A DNA stretch of 64,000 nt from contig CAJINV010000001.1 of assembly GCA_905178155.1 (NCBI GenBank), positions 1 to 64,000 on the forward strand, given 5' to 3'. A program made the position numbers and the translations under genes. Positions 51,027 to 62,000 of this stretch are shown piece by piece. Each line of letters starts with the position of its first letter. Positions within the stretch are counted from its first letter, which is position 1. The DNA comes from Amoebophrya sp. A120 (Eukaryota; Protista; Dinoflagellata). The notes beneath the pieces are model-generated. The model searched no databases, had not been told where the DNA came from, and worked only from the letters and a program-made list of their open reading frames with translations.

Positions 51027-53696
51027 ATGGTGCGTGGTCCTTATGCTAAGCCCGTTCTGAGACAATCACAATTTTCCAATTCTGAACACGAGCATTCGAG
51101 CAACAATTCTCGCAGAACACAACAACAACTCCTCGGAGGTGTACTACAGCCTACTAACCTAAAGGCAGCTGCTGCTTCAACATTGTCCACTAGCAGTGTA
51201 GCGACCATGTCGGCCCGTCGCGGAGCTACTACTTCTACCCCACCAGGCACAGCAGGTGCCCCAAGAACGACCTCCACGAGGACTACTACGTCGAAGAACC
51301 ACCGCCCCGCAGCTGCAGGAGCCTCTCAGTCGACCTCCGGACAACATCATGTTGGTCAACATCTGGCACAGTTCCCCTCGGAGCAGGCGTTACGCATCAG
51401 CCGCGAAAACGTCGCCGCGCTGGACAAAAGAATGCAGCAGCAGGAGGTGGAGCTTGGCGCTGGCGCGCAGGATTTGGATTCTGAGGCTGCAGGAGCAGCT
51501 GTTATTAACAACAAGACTGGCACCATTGGCACAACAACTTCTTCTTCTACCCCCCTATCATCAACTTCCGTCTCCGTTCCGCAGCCGACGTTCTTTTCAC
51601 TGACCGTGGCGGAACGAGTGTTGCTGACGGATTACTATAGCAGTAAGCTGTGTCACTGTTTTGTTTTTGATGAGAAGAAGATGCACGCCCTGGCGAAGCG
51701 GAAGCGGTTTTCCTGCACCAGCATATCAAGTGCAAAAATGTCTGGGTCTGGAAAAGTGTAAACTTGTCATGCAGATTTTCCATGACCCATGAGGTCTGGA
51801 ATGCGGCTCGTAGCATGACAGACTCTGCGACGAGGTCTCTGCCATGCCTATCCTGCATGAGAAACTCCACCCTAACTTGGTCAAAAGTGGACAGCTTTTG
51901 GGAATCACGCAACACAGATTCTTACATGATTCAGATTTACCATGACAAGTTGCACCTTCCAGACCCAGACATTTTTGCATTTGATACAGCAAGGACGAAG
52001 ACGACCGTATCGCGTCGGAGGAGGCGAAAATCCAGGCTCTGCTCCACCGCTGCCGCAAGCTGCGCGAAAGCATGTCGGCCGCCGCTCTGTACTCCGCGGT
52101 GGTGCTGTTTCGCGCGTACGCGGCGCGCGTCTGCATCCCCGCGGACGATGAGGAACAGTGGGTGGTTGCACTGTTGACCGCGATCCTTGTCGCCATGAAG
52201 GCGGAAGAATGCGTGATCAAGCCCGAGTTCATCAAGGGCCTCGGCCTGCAACTTTTCGAAAATTATAACTATGATAATACGTCAAACGAGGACGAAGAAA
52301 CCGAAACATTTTTCAAAAATCGTGGTGGAGCGGCTCCTGCTAGTCGCACTAGAACAAGCGCAACTGCGGGTGGACCTCCGACTACTAGTACGGCAACAAC
52401 CACAGAAGCAGAACAGACGTCGCCCTCTTCTATGGCGTTTGTTTACTCTGGAGGACTACTTTCTGATCTCCTACAGCGTCTGTCTGACAATGGTGACAAG
52501 GGTGAACAACAAGGACTTCCACCTGGCCCTGCAGGTGGTGCGGCTAGTAAGAACCACGACGGAATGAAAATTTTAAACCACCAGACGAGCGAAAATGCTA
52601 CTTCTATTGCTATTGCCCGGGTCACGGAGTTTTGTTGGCAGAAAGCAGTCGAGAACGAATTGAACTTCCTGACCGCCCTGAATTTCCAAATTACTGTGGA
52701 AAAACCCTTCGCGGTCGTTGCGTTACTCCAGGAAATGGCGGAGCGGGAGTGGATATGCATTGCAAAAGCATCGTACTAGTAGAAATTGCATTGCAAATTA
52801 CCTCAGCATGACAAATGGAATTTGTCATGCTGTTTTACCTTGGGATGTAGATTTGTAATGCATAACTGCAATTACTACGAAGACGAACGAGTACGATATT
52901 TTTGCACAGGATAGTAGATCCAGGACATCATCATGAACGATCCCCCGAAAAAGGCGATCGAGCAGAAGATAAAATCTCTCCGGTTCAAACTGACCGCGAA
53001 GCAGATCATCTCCGCTGCCATCCTGGATGAGGCACTGTATTGCCCCGTCAAGCTGATTATGAATGAAGCAAAAGTACAACGATCACGCTACGAGTGTTGT
53101 AGATAAGTAGCATCTTCACAAATTTTTTCTGAAGTAGGAAAAATTGAATTTGTAATGCTGATACCTAAGACTAGCCAGATTTGATGTCATGCCTAACTGC
53201 AAAACTTACTACCACGAGAACAAGTGTGATACTTTTGCAAAATTGCATACTGATCGCCCTGGGACTGTTCATCTCCACCGGTCATCGCATCCCGGCCGAA
53301 GCCAAAGTTGCGCTGCAAGGGAAGCCGCAGGACGTCGCCATGGTGAAGCGGATCGTGAGCAAAATTCAGGCATTCGCCGCGATGAGTGCCCCCGGCGGAG
53401 TTGTGACATCGAACGGCAGCAGCTCAACTGCGGGCGTGGCGGTTCTGAAGGAATTTCCCTACGCGGGGTTCTATCCGAGGATCGCGGGCAAAAAGTTGTC
53501 CGTCGAAGAAAAACAGTTGGATCACGTGATGAAAAAGACCCGAGGCAAAAGATTTTTACCAGGAAGTAGAAATAAGAGCACAGCTGCGGGCTGGAAGTCG
53601 GTGAAAAGGGGAGCTGCAACTGGTGCGAGTCGGGCAGCTGGTGATGCCAGTTCAGCGACGTGTCCGACCTCGACGGACCACTGCTTATCAGGTTGA
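51027..53696 (+). CDS. Cyclin H-like transcriptional cyclin, 679 aa; exons 51027-51723, 51992-52753, 52919-53057, 53255-53696
   Basis: Cyclin-box segments LTVAERVLLTDYYSSKL, SAVVLFRAY, TAILVAMKAEE, ENELNFLTALNFQITVEKPF, LYCPVKLIALG. Confidence 0.8.
51724..51986. mobile_element. Introner family A, 263 bp, inverted relative to 38188-38449
   Basis: Ends TATCAAGTGCAAAAATGTCTGGGTCTGGAA and TTCCAGACCCAGACATTTTTGCATTTGATA; DR CAGCA. Confidence 0.96.
52754..52913. mobile_element. Introner family C, 160 bp
   Basis: Ends TATGCATTGCAAAAGCATCGTACT and AGTACGATATTTTTGCACAGGATA; DR GTGGA/GTAGA. Confidence 0.94.
53058..53249. mobile_element. Introner, 192 bp
   Basis: Ends TATGAATGAAGCAAAAGTA and TACTTTTGCAAAATTGCATA; DR CTGAT. 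Confidence 0.9.
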
Positions 53697-54068
53697 TTTT
53701 TGGTTCGACCGAGGATCGTCCGGATCGAGCAGCAGCCATGGAAGATAGTTCTGTCAGATCATTGAAGATATTAATTGGAAATAAACTTATTCTTGGAAAC
53801 ATAGATCAGTATGAAAAATTCGTGTTCTTGGATTTAAAACTTTGGATACTTCAGTAAAAGTTTATTTCGAATAGAAAATATTATTGGAACATGATGTTAG
53901 TTCCACTTGGAGCACCATTGGCATGCGGAGGTACAACAAAGCCTGGTAATGTTTGATATCGTTAACGAAAACATAGAACGTAAATAAGGTGACCGCTAAA
54001 ATGGAAATCCGAAAAAACAAAAACGTGGAAACGTAGATATTTTGAACGGTCCTCATCGCCCTTTGGAG

Positions 54069-55009
54069 GTGCGGGTTTCCACGAGGAACGATGGACAACC
54101 AGGGAACGATGCACAACCGCCAAGCCCCGGCCCCCCTTGGCGGCTGCTTGTTCTTTCTTGCAAACCCTCGGAAGCCTGTTCCCGCTATTCCCCAAGCTCC
54201 GCCCGGCGCTTGCCGCGGCCGGGCCGCGCAAAATGCTGGCGCGCCGCAACCGCCCCGGTGCGCCTTCCTGCTCTCCGGAGGCGCCATCGGCTGCCGGGCA
54301 AAGAGAAGAGGTCGCCGGCGGGCGGGCCAAAAGGAGGCGCGAATAGCCCGGCCCCGCCCGCGCAGGCGCGAAGGCTGGGGCTTTGGGCCCGGGAAGGGCG
54401 TCGCGAGGCAGCGGGGGCAGCTCTAAAGGCAAAAGGAGCCCGCGCCCGCGCCCCTCGAATGGGGCGCAGTCCCGGGGGCGACAAAAAACGCAGCGGGGCG
54501 AAACCACACGCCCAGGCCGCGACGCGGCCTCGCCGCTGATGGCCGTTCCCCATTCTTGGGTCGCTTCAAAAAAGTAGGCGCGCCAGAAGGCGCCCCGGCC
54601 TTTCCTTGAGATAGGCTGTCTGGCGGTTTCGCCAATGGGCCTCGAGGCAATGCACGGGGTCCGTGCTGCCGCGGTAAAAATGGCTTTGCGGGGGTGCGGA
54701 GGGGTTCCGGATGGTGTCCCTTGCGGTGTGGCGCGTCGCTCGGGAAAATCATCCAGGCGATTAGCCCGCAGCGCCATCTCCTTGCCGCCCTCATGGGGGT
54801 GAGTGTGCGTCGTGCTCCGTGCCGTGCAGCTGACAGCCATAAAGGAGAGGCCATGCGCAGGGGGCCCCATATCAACTCACGATTGGCCGCGACTTGGCAA
54901 AAATGAATTTTGCATCCGAAAAATGTCGGAAATGTCGCCTGCAATACCCATCGGGCGATTCCTCTCCAACTTTAGTGCGGGTTTCCACAAGGAACGATGG
55001 ACAACCAGG
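54069..55009. repeat. GC-rich ~870-bp block flanked by a 35-bp direct repeat
   Basis: GTGCGGGTTTCCACrAGGAACGATGGACAACCAGG at 54069-54103 and 54975-55009. Confidence 0.85.
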
Positions 55010-56917
55010 AGCACATCAAAGTAGGGAAAGCTATTAGACTACAGATCTACGACGTCACCTCTACTAGCACCACGGTGTAGTGAATATTAGAATACGACTA
55101 ATTTTATCTGCTGTCCTGTACAATATCAATGTACAATATACGTGCGGAGGTCTATAGGTAGAAGATGAAGACTGAGACTCTTGAACAACAGCGCATCTAG
55201 ATGAACTAGTGAGGAAGGTTTCTCCACCGGACCGGGGGCGAAAAAGTAGATTGCAAGTGCGCCTCCGCCGCACACCGAGCGAACCTGCCCCCGAAGCCGA
55301 AGATCGCTGTCGTCGTGTAAGAGTAGTTTAGAACTACATCAGATACTAGACATCATGAGAACGGTCGTGTGATAGTACCCACCATACCTGTCGGAAGAAA
55401 CAAAAGAATCTCCTTGATTATGCTATCACGTCGCAGCACATGAAGTCGTCGCTTCGTTGCAAGACCCTGCAATTTGCAATTTGTTGACAGGATGAGCTCC
55501 TTGCTACAAAGGAGAATAAATGGCGACGTACTTAGTGTTAGCGCGCTGTGCTTGCTTGGGGGCGTTGAGCATCTTGAAAAGACCCCCGGTGGTCGCAATT
55601 TCAGGAGCAAACTACTATACAATATAGACCATTAATAGGGAAAAAAACTTCAGCACCCAAGAGCAGCTGCAGCTACCGAGCAGAAAAGCGAGAAATTATA
55701 ATCGGACGTAAAGTACAGCACACAGCTCCTTTTTGCGGCATTGAAATGACCCGAATACGAATAGATTCATCGCTAATTTTACAACTGAACTTTCTTTCTT
55801 GTCTCCGCTTGAAGTAGATGTCGTAGGTAGTTCTTGCACTGTTCACCATCAAATGAAAAAAAAATAATGTACCAGTTTGAAGAATAACTACTTTCGGTCG
55901 CCGTAGTGAAAAATCAAGAACCTGAGCCTCCTGAGGATTGCTGAGTTCTGTACCTCCATAAGAGCACAAACAGAGGACGTCGACCTAAAATTATTATCCA
56001 AGGAGTGTCGCTACGTTATTTCTTCCGATGATACATAGGAGAAGGCGCAGCTTTTCGCTCCCAGGATAATTTCATGGCACCGGCACGTATCATGATGAAG
56101 CATCGTTGTAGGATGATAAAGACAAACGTGTAAAAATTTTACATTCTTGGAGAGGCACACAGCAAGTCAGTACGTGCTCGCGCCGCCATCTTCTGGATGT
56201 TGAACCATTTGTTTTATTAGCAAGTGTTTACACGACAAATTTGAGAGCAAGGGTGCTTGTTGGCGAGAAGATGAAACAAGAAACCAAAATTGATAGCGCG
56301 ATTGTTGTATCACCTACTTACGTTGCTTCTCTGTTTGTGCCGATGAGAAACAGAAGTACTTGCCGATGCAAGGAAAAACTATAAGTAATGAATGTTTCAC
56401 GTGAACAAAAAGCCCAAGAAAAAACAATAAACATAATAAAGACATCTTAAAGAGCACCAAGGACCAAGCGCCACATCGAAAGTTTTGTAGGTTGTTCCTG
56501 AATATTAAAATCATTGTTCGACTTGTTCTACTACGGCGTCGATTTTTCGTCATCTATTTTTCGTGTTGGAAGTTCGAGTTGTTCCATGATACCTCCAAGC
56601 AGTCGTCCTCGTTTCGCTTTCGCAGCATGGAATAAAATCGCTTCGATTGATCATCATGATTCGCGTGCCATTGTCGCTTTTGCTTGAAAAAAAGATCTGC
56701 TCTTTCCGATGCATGTGTTTATTGTGTTATGAATGATGCTGATGCTGGCTAAAGTCAAATAGTTTTGTAGTCTTTTCAATGTATCTAATTGTAATTCATC
56801 TTAGTTTTTTTGTCAGGCTCAGGCCAGCCTAGATTCATTGTTATTATCGTTGCGCAAGTACGAGGTCGAGCGAGACAGTTCAAAAGCAGGCCTAATTTTG
56901 AGTATTATAAAAAATCA

Positions 56918-57978
56918 ATGGCGTCGACAAGCTCCGCATCCTCTCTAGCTTCCTCTTCTTTTCCCACTCAGGATGCAGCGCACAAAGCCTTAAGCGACGA
57001 ACTCTGGCGGTTGTACGACAGTCTGCGGACGTGGCTAGATACGAAGGGAATTGTGGAGAGCTATTTTGACATCCTCCGCACGAAAATTCGCCGCTGCACG
57101 GAATCTATCAAAGTGCAAAATTATGTAAGTAGTCTGGGAGGTCACGGAGACTTCCGATGCAATATAGTATTTCGTTGAAAAAACAGCAGGAGCTGTATAT
57201 GTATTGATGCTGATGTACCATGCAATGAAGGATGACGATAAGGATACGGCCGGCATTTCTACGTGTAGTTGCTCATTCTTTCGTGGCAGACGCAGTTTGG
57301 ATTTGGAATGCTAAAACTGAACATGAAAAATGAACTCGGAAGAAGCCCCCGGCGAGGTGGGAAAGAATTTCTCTATAGTTAGTGTTGTGCCGGGTCGTGA
57401 CGTGGATGTGGATCGGCAAGCAGGGTCAAACTCTGTAAATTCCAGTATCAGCAAGATCAAATACGAATTCCCAGCACATGCACACCCAGATGACTGCATA
57501 AGTCCCTGCATTGGATAAAGTCCGCGGAGGCCTGCGAAGCAGAGAAGGACCGCATTCCGCAGATCGCAAACCAGTGCGACCTATCTGTCGCAAAAGTATT
57601 GCCGTACGTCATATGGATTTGAATTGCAATCTTCTTTCATCAACGGACGTGCTTTTGGTTTCATCTTACCTGAGCTTGCATGACAGATAAATAAGATTGC
57701 ATCTTCTTATTTCATCTTCAAAAGATATTCACAGTAATACAGATTACAAAGTGCAAAGCATGCTACTGCTAGGACGATACTTCTACTTTTGCAGTTGATA
57801 GAAGCAGGTCGGGAAAGAATCTGGAATGGCGATGCAAAAGGTAAAAGCGCAGTTGGATCGCACCCGAGAGGTGTTGGATGACGCAGAGTTGACCATTGTA
57901 AAGCAATTCAGGAAGCCAAAGTTGAAGATACCTTCTGGAGCTGAAGATAAAGCAGAGAAACAAGTGCAATCAGCGTAG
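56918..57978 (+). CDS. Small helical/coiled-coil protein, 139 aa; exons 56918-57105, 57523-57581, 57806-57978
   Basis: Continuous ATG-to-TAG frame (RRCTE|SAEACE...NQCD|QVGKES) after removing two decayed introners plus 5 nt each. Confidence 0.7.
57106..57517. mobile_element. Older introner, 412 bp
   Basis: Ends TATCAAAGTGCAAAATTATGTAAGTAGTCTGGG and CCCAGATGACTGCATAAGTCCCTGCATTGGATA; flanks GAATC/AAGTC. Confidence 0.75.
57582..57800. mobile_element. Older introner, 219 bp
   Basis: Ends TATCTGTCGCAAAAGTA and TACTTTTGCAGTTGATA; flanks CGACC/GAAGC. Confidence 0.78.
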
Positions 57979-59023
57979 CATCATGTGTTTTGTGTTGATG
58001 TATCCTGGTGGCGATGTGCACGTGGAACTCAACTTGGAAATAAGCCAAGTACGAAGATGAACAAACACAAAGACAAATCGATATTGAAATATCGGACCTC
58101 CGGACTTGTTCTGTTTCTTTCGGTTGCCGAGCTAATGTGGCCCATCAATCGACGCGGGCGATCGCGATGTTGAATAGTAGTACAGAACTCTGAAAACGAC
58201 TGTCGCTGTACATGTTTCGTTTTTTTTTATCAATTTGCAACTTCCGTCAAACCGTCCCTCGAAAATAGATGAGATGCTTCAAATTGCAGCGGTTGGTCCT
58301 CAGCCTCGCCTTTCGAGTCGCTTTTGAGTGTTGTTGAAGTGAAAAAATGTGGACTCGACTTCGAGATCATGAAAATCAAATAGCAAAATAGCGTGAAAAA
58401 ACGAAAAAAATATCGGCATCTTCGTTTTTGGAGAAGTAACTATGCGAATTAAAGCAAATCAACTTGTTTTGCTCATCATGTCGTTGACGAGATTGAGAGA
58501 CGAAACGAAAGCGAGATAGTGCAAAGCAGCTCGTTCTTTTGTTCATGCGGAAATAAGAAGTGCGTCCCTGGTGGTAAGTTAGTTTCCTCCTGCTTCTTGA
58601 GTAGATGAGTGCGTACTCTTGTAGTTCGCTGCAAATCTTCGCATGCCAATGTTGAAGTCGAAGAAGTGTCGCTTTGCAACTTCTATGATTGTCCTGTATG
58701 TGCTGCAACTGAGGTCCTCGTCCCCGAACTCATCTTTTGCTTCTATCTAGTTCCACTTCGTGGTTATGAATGTGTTTTTGTTCTTCATGTGTGCCCTCAC
58801 CAAAGCAAGCGCGTGCGTTTTTTGTAAGAGCTGATTTTTAGATTTAGATAGACATTGGCTTGCTGTTGTTGGAGCTACTTATCTCTGCAGTGCATTGGAG
58901 TGGTACGAAGCAGTTCACTTGTCGGATTCATTCTTCATTCTCATTCCCCCCGAAGGAACAACGAGCGCATCTTCAAAACTTACTTTGCGGAAATACATCT
59001 TCAACCTCACTACTTGAAAGAAG

Positions 59024-62000
59024 ATGGCCGACGCCAGCCGGGGCTCCTTTTTCGAGTGGATTCCCGAGGCGCAACTCAAGCTGGGCGCGGAGGTGGAACA
59101 GGACAAGGAGTGCAACTCAGAAATCACCGTTTTCGGCGACGTTGCCTCGGAGGACAACAGTGACGGGTGCGACAGGAGAAGGACCACATTGACGAACCCA
59201 GGACCCCTTTCACTTTCTGCCTCTCGTCTACCTTCCACTTCCAGTGTTGAAAATACATCTTCCACCATTGCAACTACAAGCACATCTGGATCTGCGGCAG
59301 GACCAAGGACGAGGGAGATAAAAACTACCTCGCCGCACAACAAGGACGACGGTGCAGTAGTTCCACCCACGAATGAAGAGCCAACTGGTCGTGATGGTTC
59401 TTCTTCTTCTTCTTCTAGCAAACATCTGAAGGAGCTTTCCTGTAGTTCCGTGGGAGCAGGTGGAGGACTCCCACTCCGGAGCAGGATAAAAAACAACTAC
59501 GCGAACAACAAACGCGGTCGAGGACCCACGATTTCTCTCTACAACCAGCATGAGGTGCTTAAAAATGATCGTGCGCGACGAGTTGTAACGACAAGCGGGA
59601 ACAGTGCCTCCACCGCGAGTGTAGTTTCATCCGCAGTTGTAAACACGAAAGTTGCACCTTCAAGGCCGATAGACCACCACTTCGCAGCTTCATCTGGAGT
59701 GCCGGGAGGTCGCGACGAGTGGAAGAGTACTGTTGCTGGTTCGTGCAGCAGCAGCACCGGCAGCCAGAGTACAACGGCAAGAAGAAGTAGTAAGGCTGTT
59801 CATACGAACATCAACAATAACCTCGGAACAACATCACGACCGAGCGGAGGTCCTCGCGAGTATGCGTATGCCAAGAACAAGCCCACTACGTCCTCCTCCT
59901 CCACAAGCTGCTCGTCCAGCTCCAAGAAGCGCCAGCGCTTTTCGTGCGGCGGAGCCACGCCTGCCCTCGGCGATGCGGTGTTGCTGTTGAAGGACCGCTG
60001 GAACACGGCAAGAAAAAATGTGGTTGCTGCAAATACGACATCAACTTGTTCCGGGGCGTCTGCGTCTGGTCGCGGTGGATTTCGATTTTACAACTTGAAG
60101 AGCAGAATGACAACTTCGTACAACACGGCGACCAGCGTCGCGGATGCGGGCGAGTTGAGCGAGGATGTCTACGAAGAGGAGGAGGCGGAGGGTGTCTATT
60201 CTTCGGACTCCGAAGAGGAGCTGGTCCGGAACCGCAAGGCCGCGAAGCAGCGTGAGAGCGTCGCTTCGTGTGGCAACAGTATTTCAGCGGGAACCATCGC
60301 GTCCTGCGGAATCATGCTGGCGGAGGAAGAAGAAGAAATTCTGGACCGCTGGATCACCAGCACCAGTAGAGACTGCGCCAACGCGGGCGGAGGAGGGGAA
60401 GGACAAAGAGAACGAGGACGAGGTGGACCACCTTCATCTGGTCGTGGACGAGGTTCTTTTGACTTCACAACGACAAGAAGAACAACTCGACGCTCCTGCA
60501 CTGGCGGGCCAGCAGCTTGTGGTAGTCCACCTAGTCGTGGTGGAGTGCGGGACGACGAGACATTTTCAACGAAAAACTTCGAGTCGGGAAACAGCAGTAG
60601 CTCCACCGCTAGGAGACCAGTTTTCTCGTCAGCTCCTGGATCGTTTTATTCGCCGTTCTCAGATGAAAGTTGTACTAACGCTGCAACCTCTACCTCTTGC
60701 AGCGATACAACAAATAGATTTAGCGGTTCTAGGCGGATGAACTGCGACCACCACGACGCACACGCTGTTGAGGCTGCGGAGGAAGACACCAGGAGAAGAT
60801 CGTGCTCAACAACTACAAGGTCACCGTGCGGGGGTATGTTGAGTCCAAATGGTGCCCTCTCGGCGAGTTGTTCCAACTCGGTGAATATCGTAAACAACTT
60901 CAAGTCCTGCGGGACCGGTCTTTTCGGGCGTGATTGCAGCTCCACTTCTACCTGCTCGACGCGCGACGCGATCGCGACCACTACCGCCTCGCGCAGTCCC
61001 TCACCCGGTGCACTTTCAGCGCGAAGACCCCAGTGGAGTATCGGTATGATGAACAAGGTCGCGAACAGGGAGGACCGAGGACAAAACGACGAGGACTCGT
61101 CGTCGAACCAGAATGAAGACTACAGCAAGCAGCACGACGGTGAGGACCGAGAAGATCGCAACTACCTGAAGGTGTTCCCCACGACAATGTCGATGTTGAA
61201 CAGTGTGCAACTGCTGAACAGCGTGAACAGAGCGCTAAACGCAGCCACCCGGGCGAACGTGTCGCAAATTTGTGCGTCGATGTTGGCCATCTTGCCGCTA
61301 AGCGGGGGCTTGCTGGCGGCGGGCGCGGCCGCGCCGGCGGCCGGAGTAGCGATGGCATTTTGTCCCAATCCACTGCTGGCGGAAATGGGCGAGTATTTGG
61401 AGGAGGTCATGCCGGAGAACTGGTATAACGTATGATAAGGAACAGCAAAAATTTGAAAAGGGTTGCGTGTCTAGTTCTTTCTTGACGATGATTTCAAAAA
61501 AAAAAAAACTATGATGAATTTCATCAATTCCACACTCTGTCTGCAGGTCCATGTCGTCACAGCAGAACGGCATGCTCGTGGTTACCTTTTGCCAAGGAAG
61601 TCTCGCCTTGGGCAGGATCTTCCTCGGGGACGTGTTTGGTGGCGCTTACGCTTTGATGCTCGCAACGCTTGGGTACAACTCGAGACACCCGGGACCCGCG
61701 GCGAACTGGTATTTTTAAAAATGCTGCTGGTGGTCGAGTATATCAACGTCATGCTGATATTACTTGTTTGTTATGTTCTTCTTGGCTCTCATCAACCTCC
61801 TCTAGCAGCTGTAGGATCATTTCAAATTCCTGTGCCCTAACTATCCGCAGTGTCCGTGTCGTGGTTCGGACATCATGATGTTCTTACGAAGAAAACAAAC
61901 ACAACAACTGTCTCGTCTATCAGGCTAAAGACCTACATTCTGATCACGTTCATCAACGGCACCGTCGAGCTTCTGGCCATCACATTTGCCCGCCCGGAAA

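Noticed and set aside
32872-52913. TTTGCACAG near the 3' end of all four family C elements as a canonical acceptor, 9 nt before the junction and so frame-preserving
   Set aside because: Using it with a cut at the element start creates an in-frame TAG at 48393 and 52754 and inserts three residues into the conserved HslU motif LLPIIEG; there is also no GT donor
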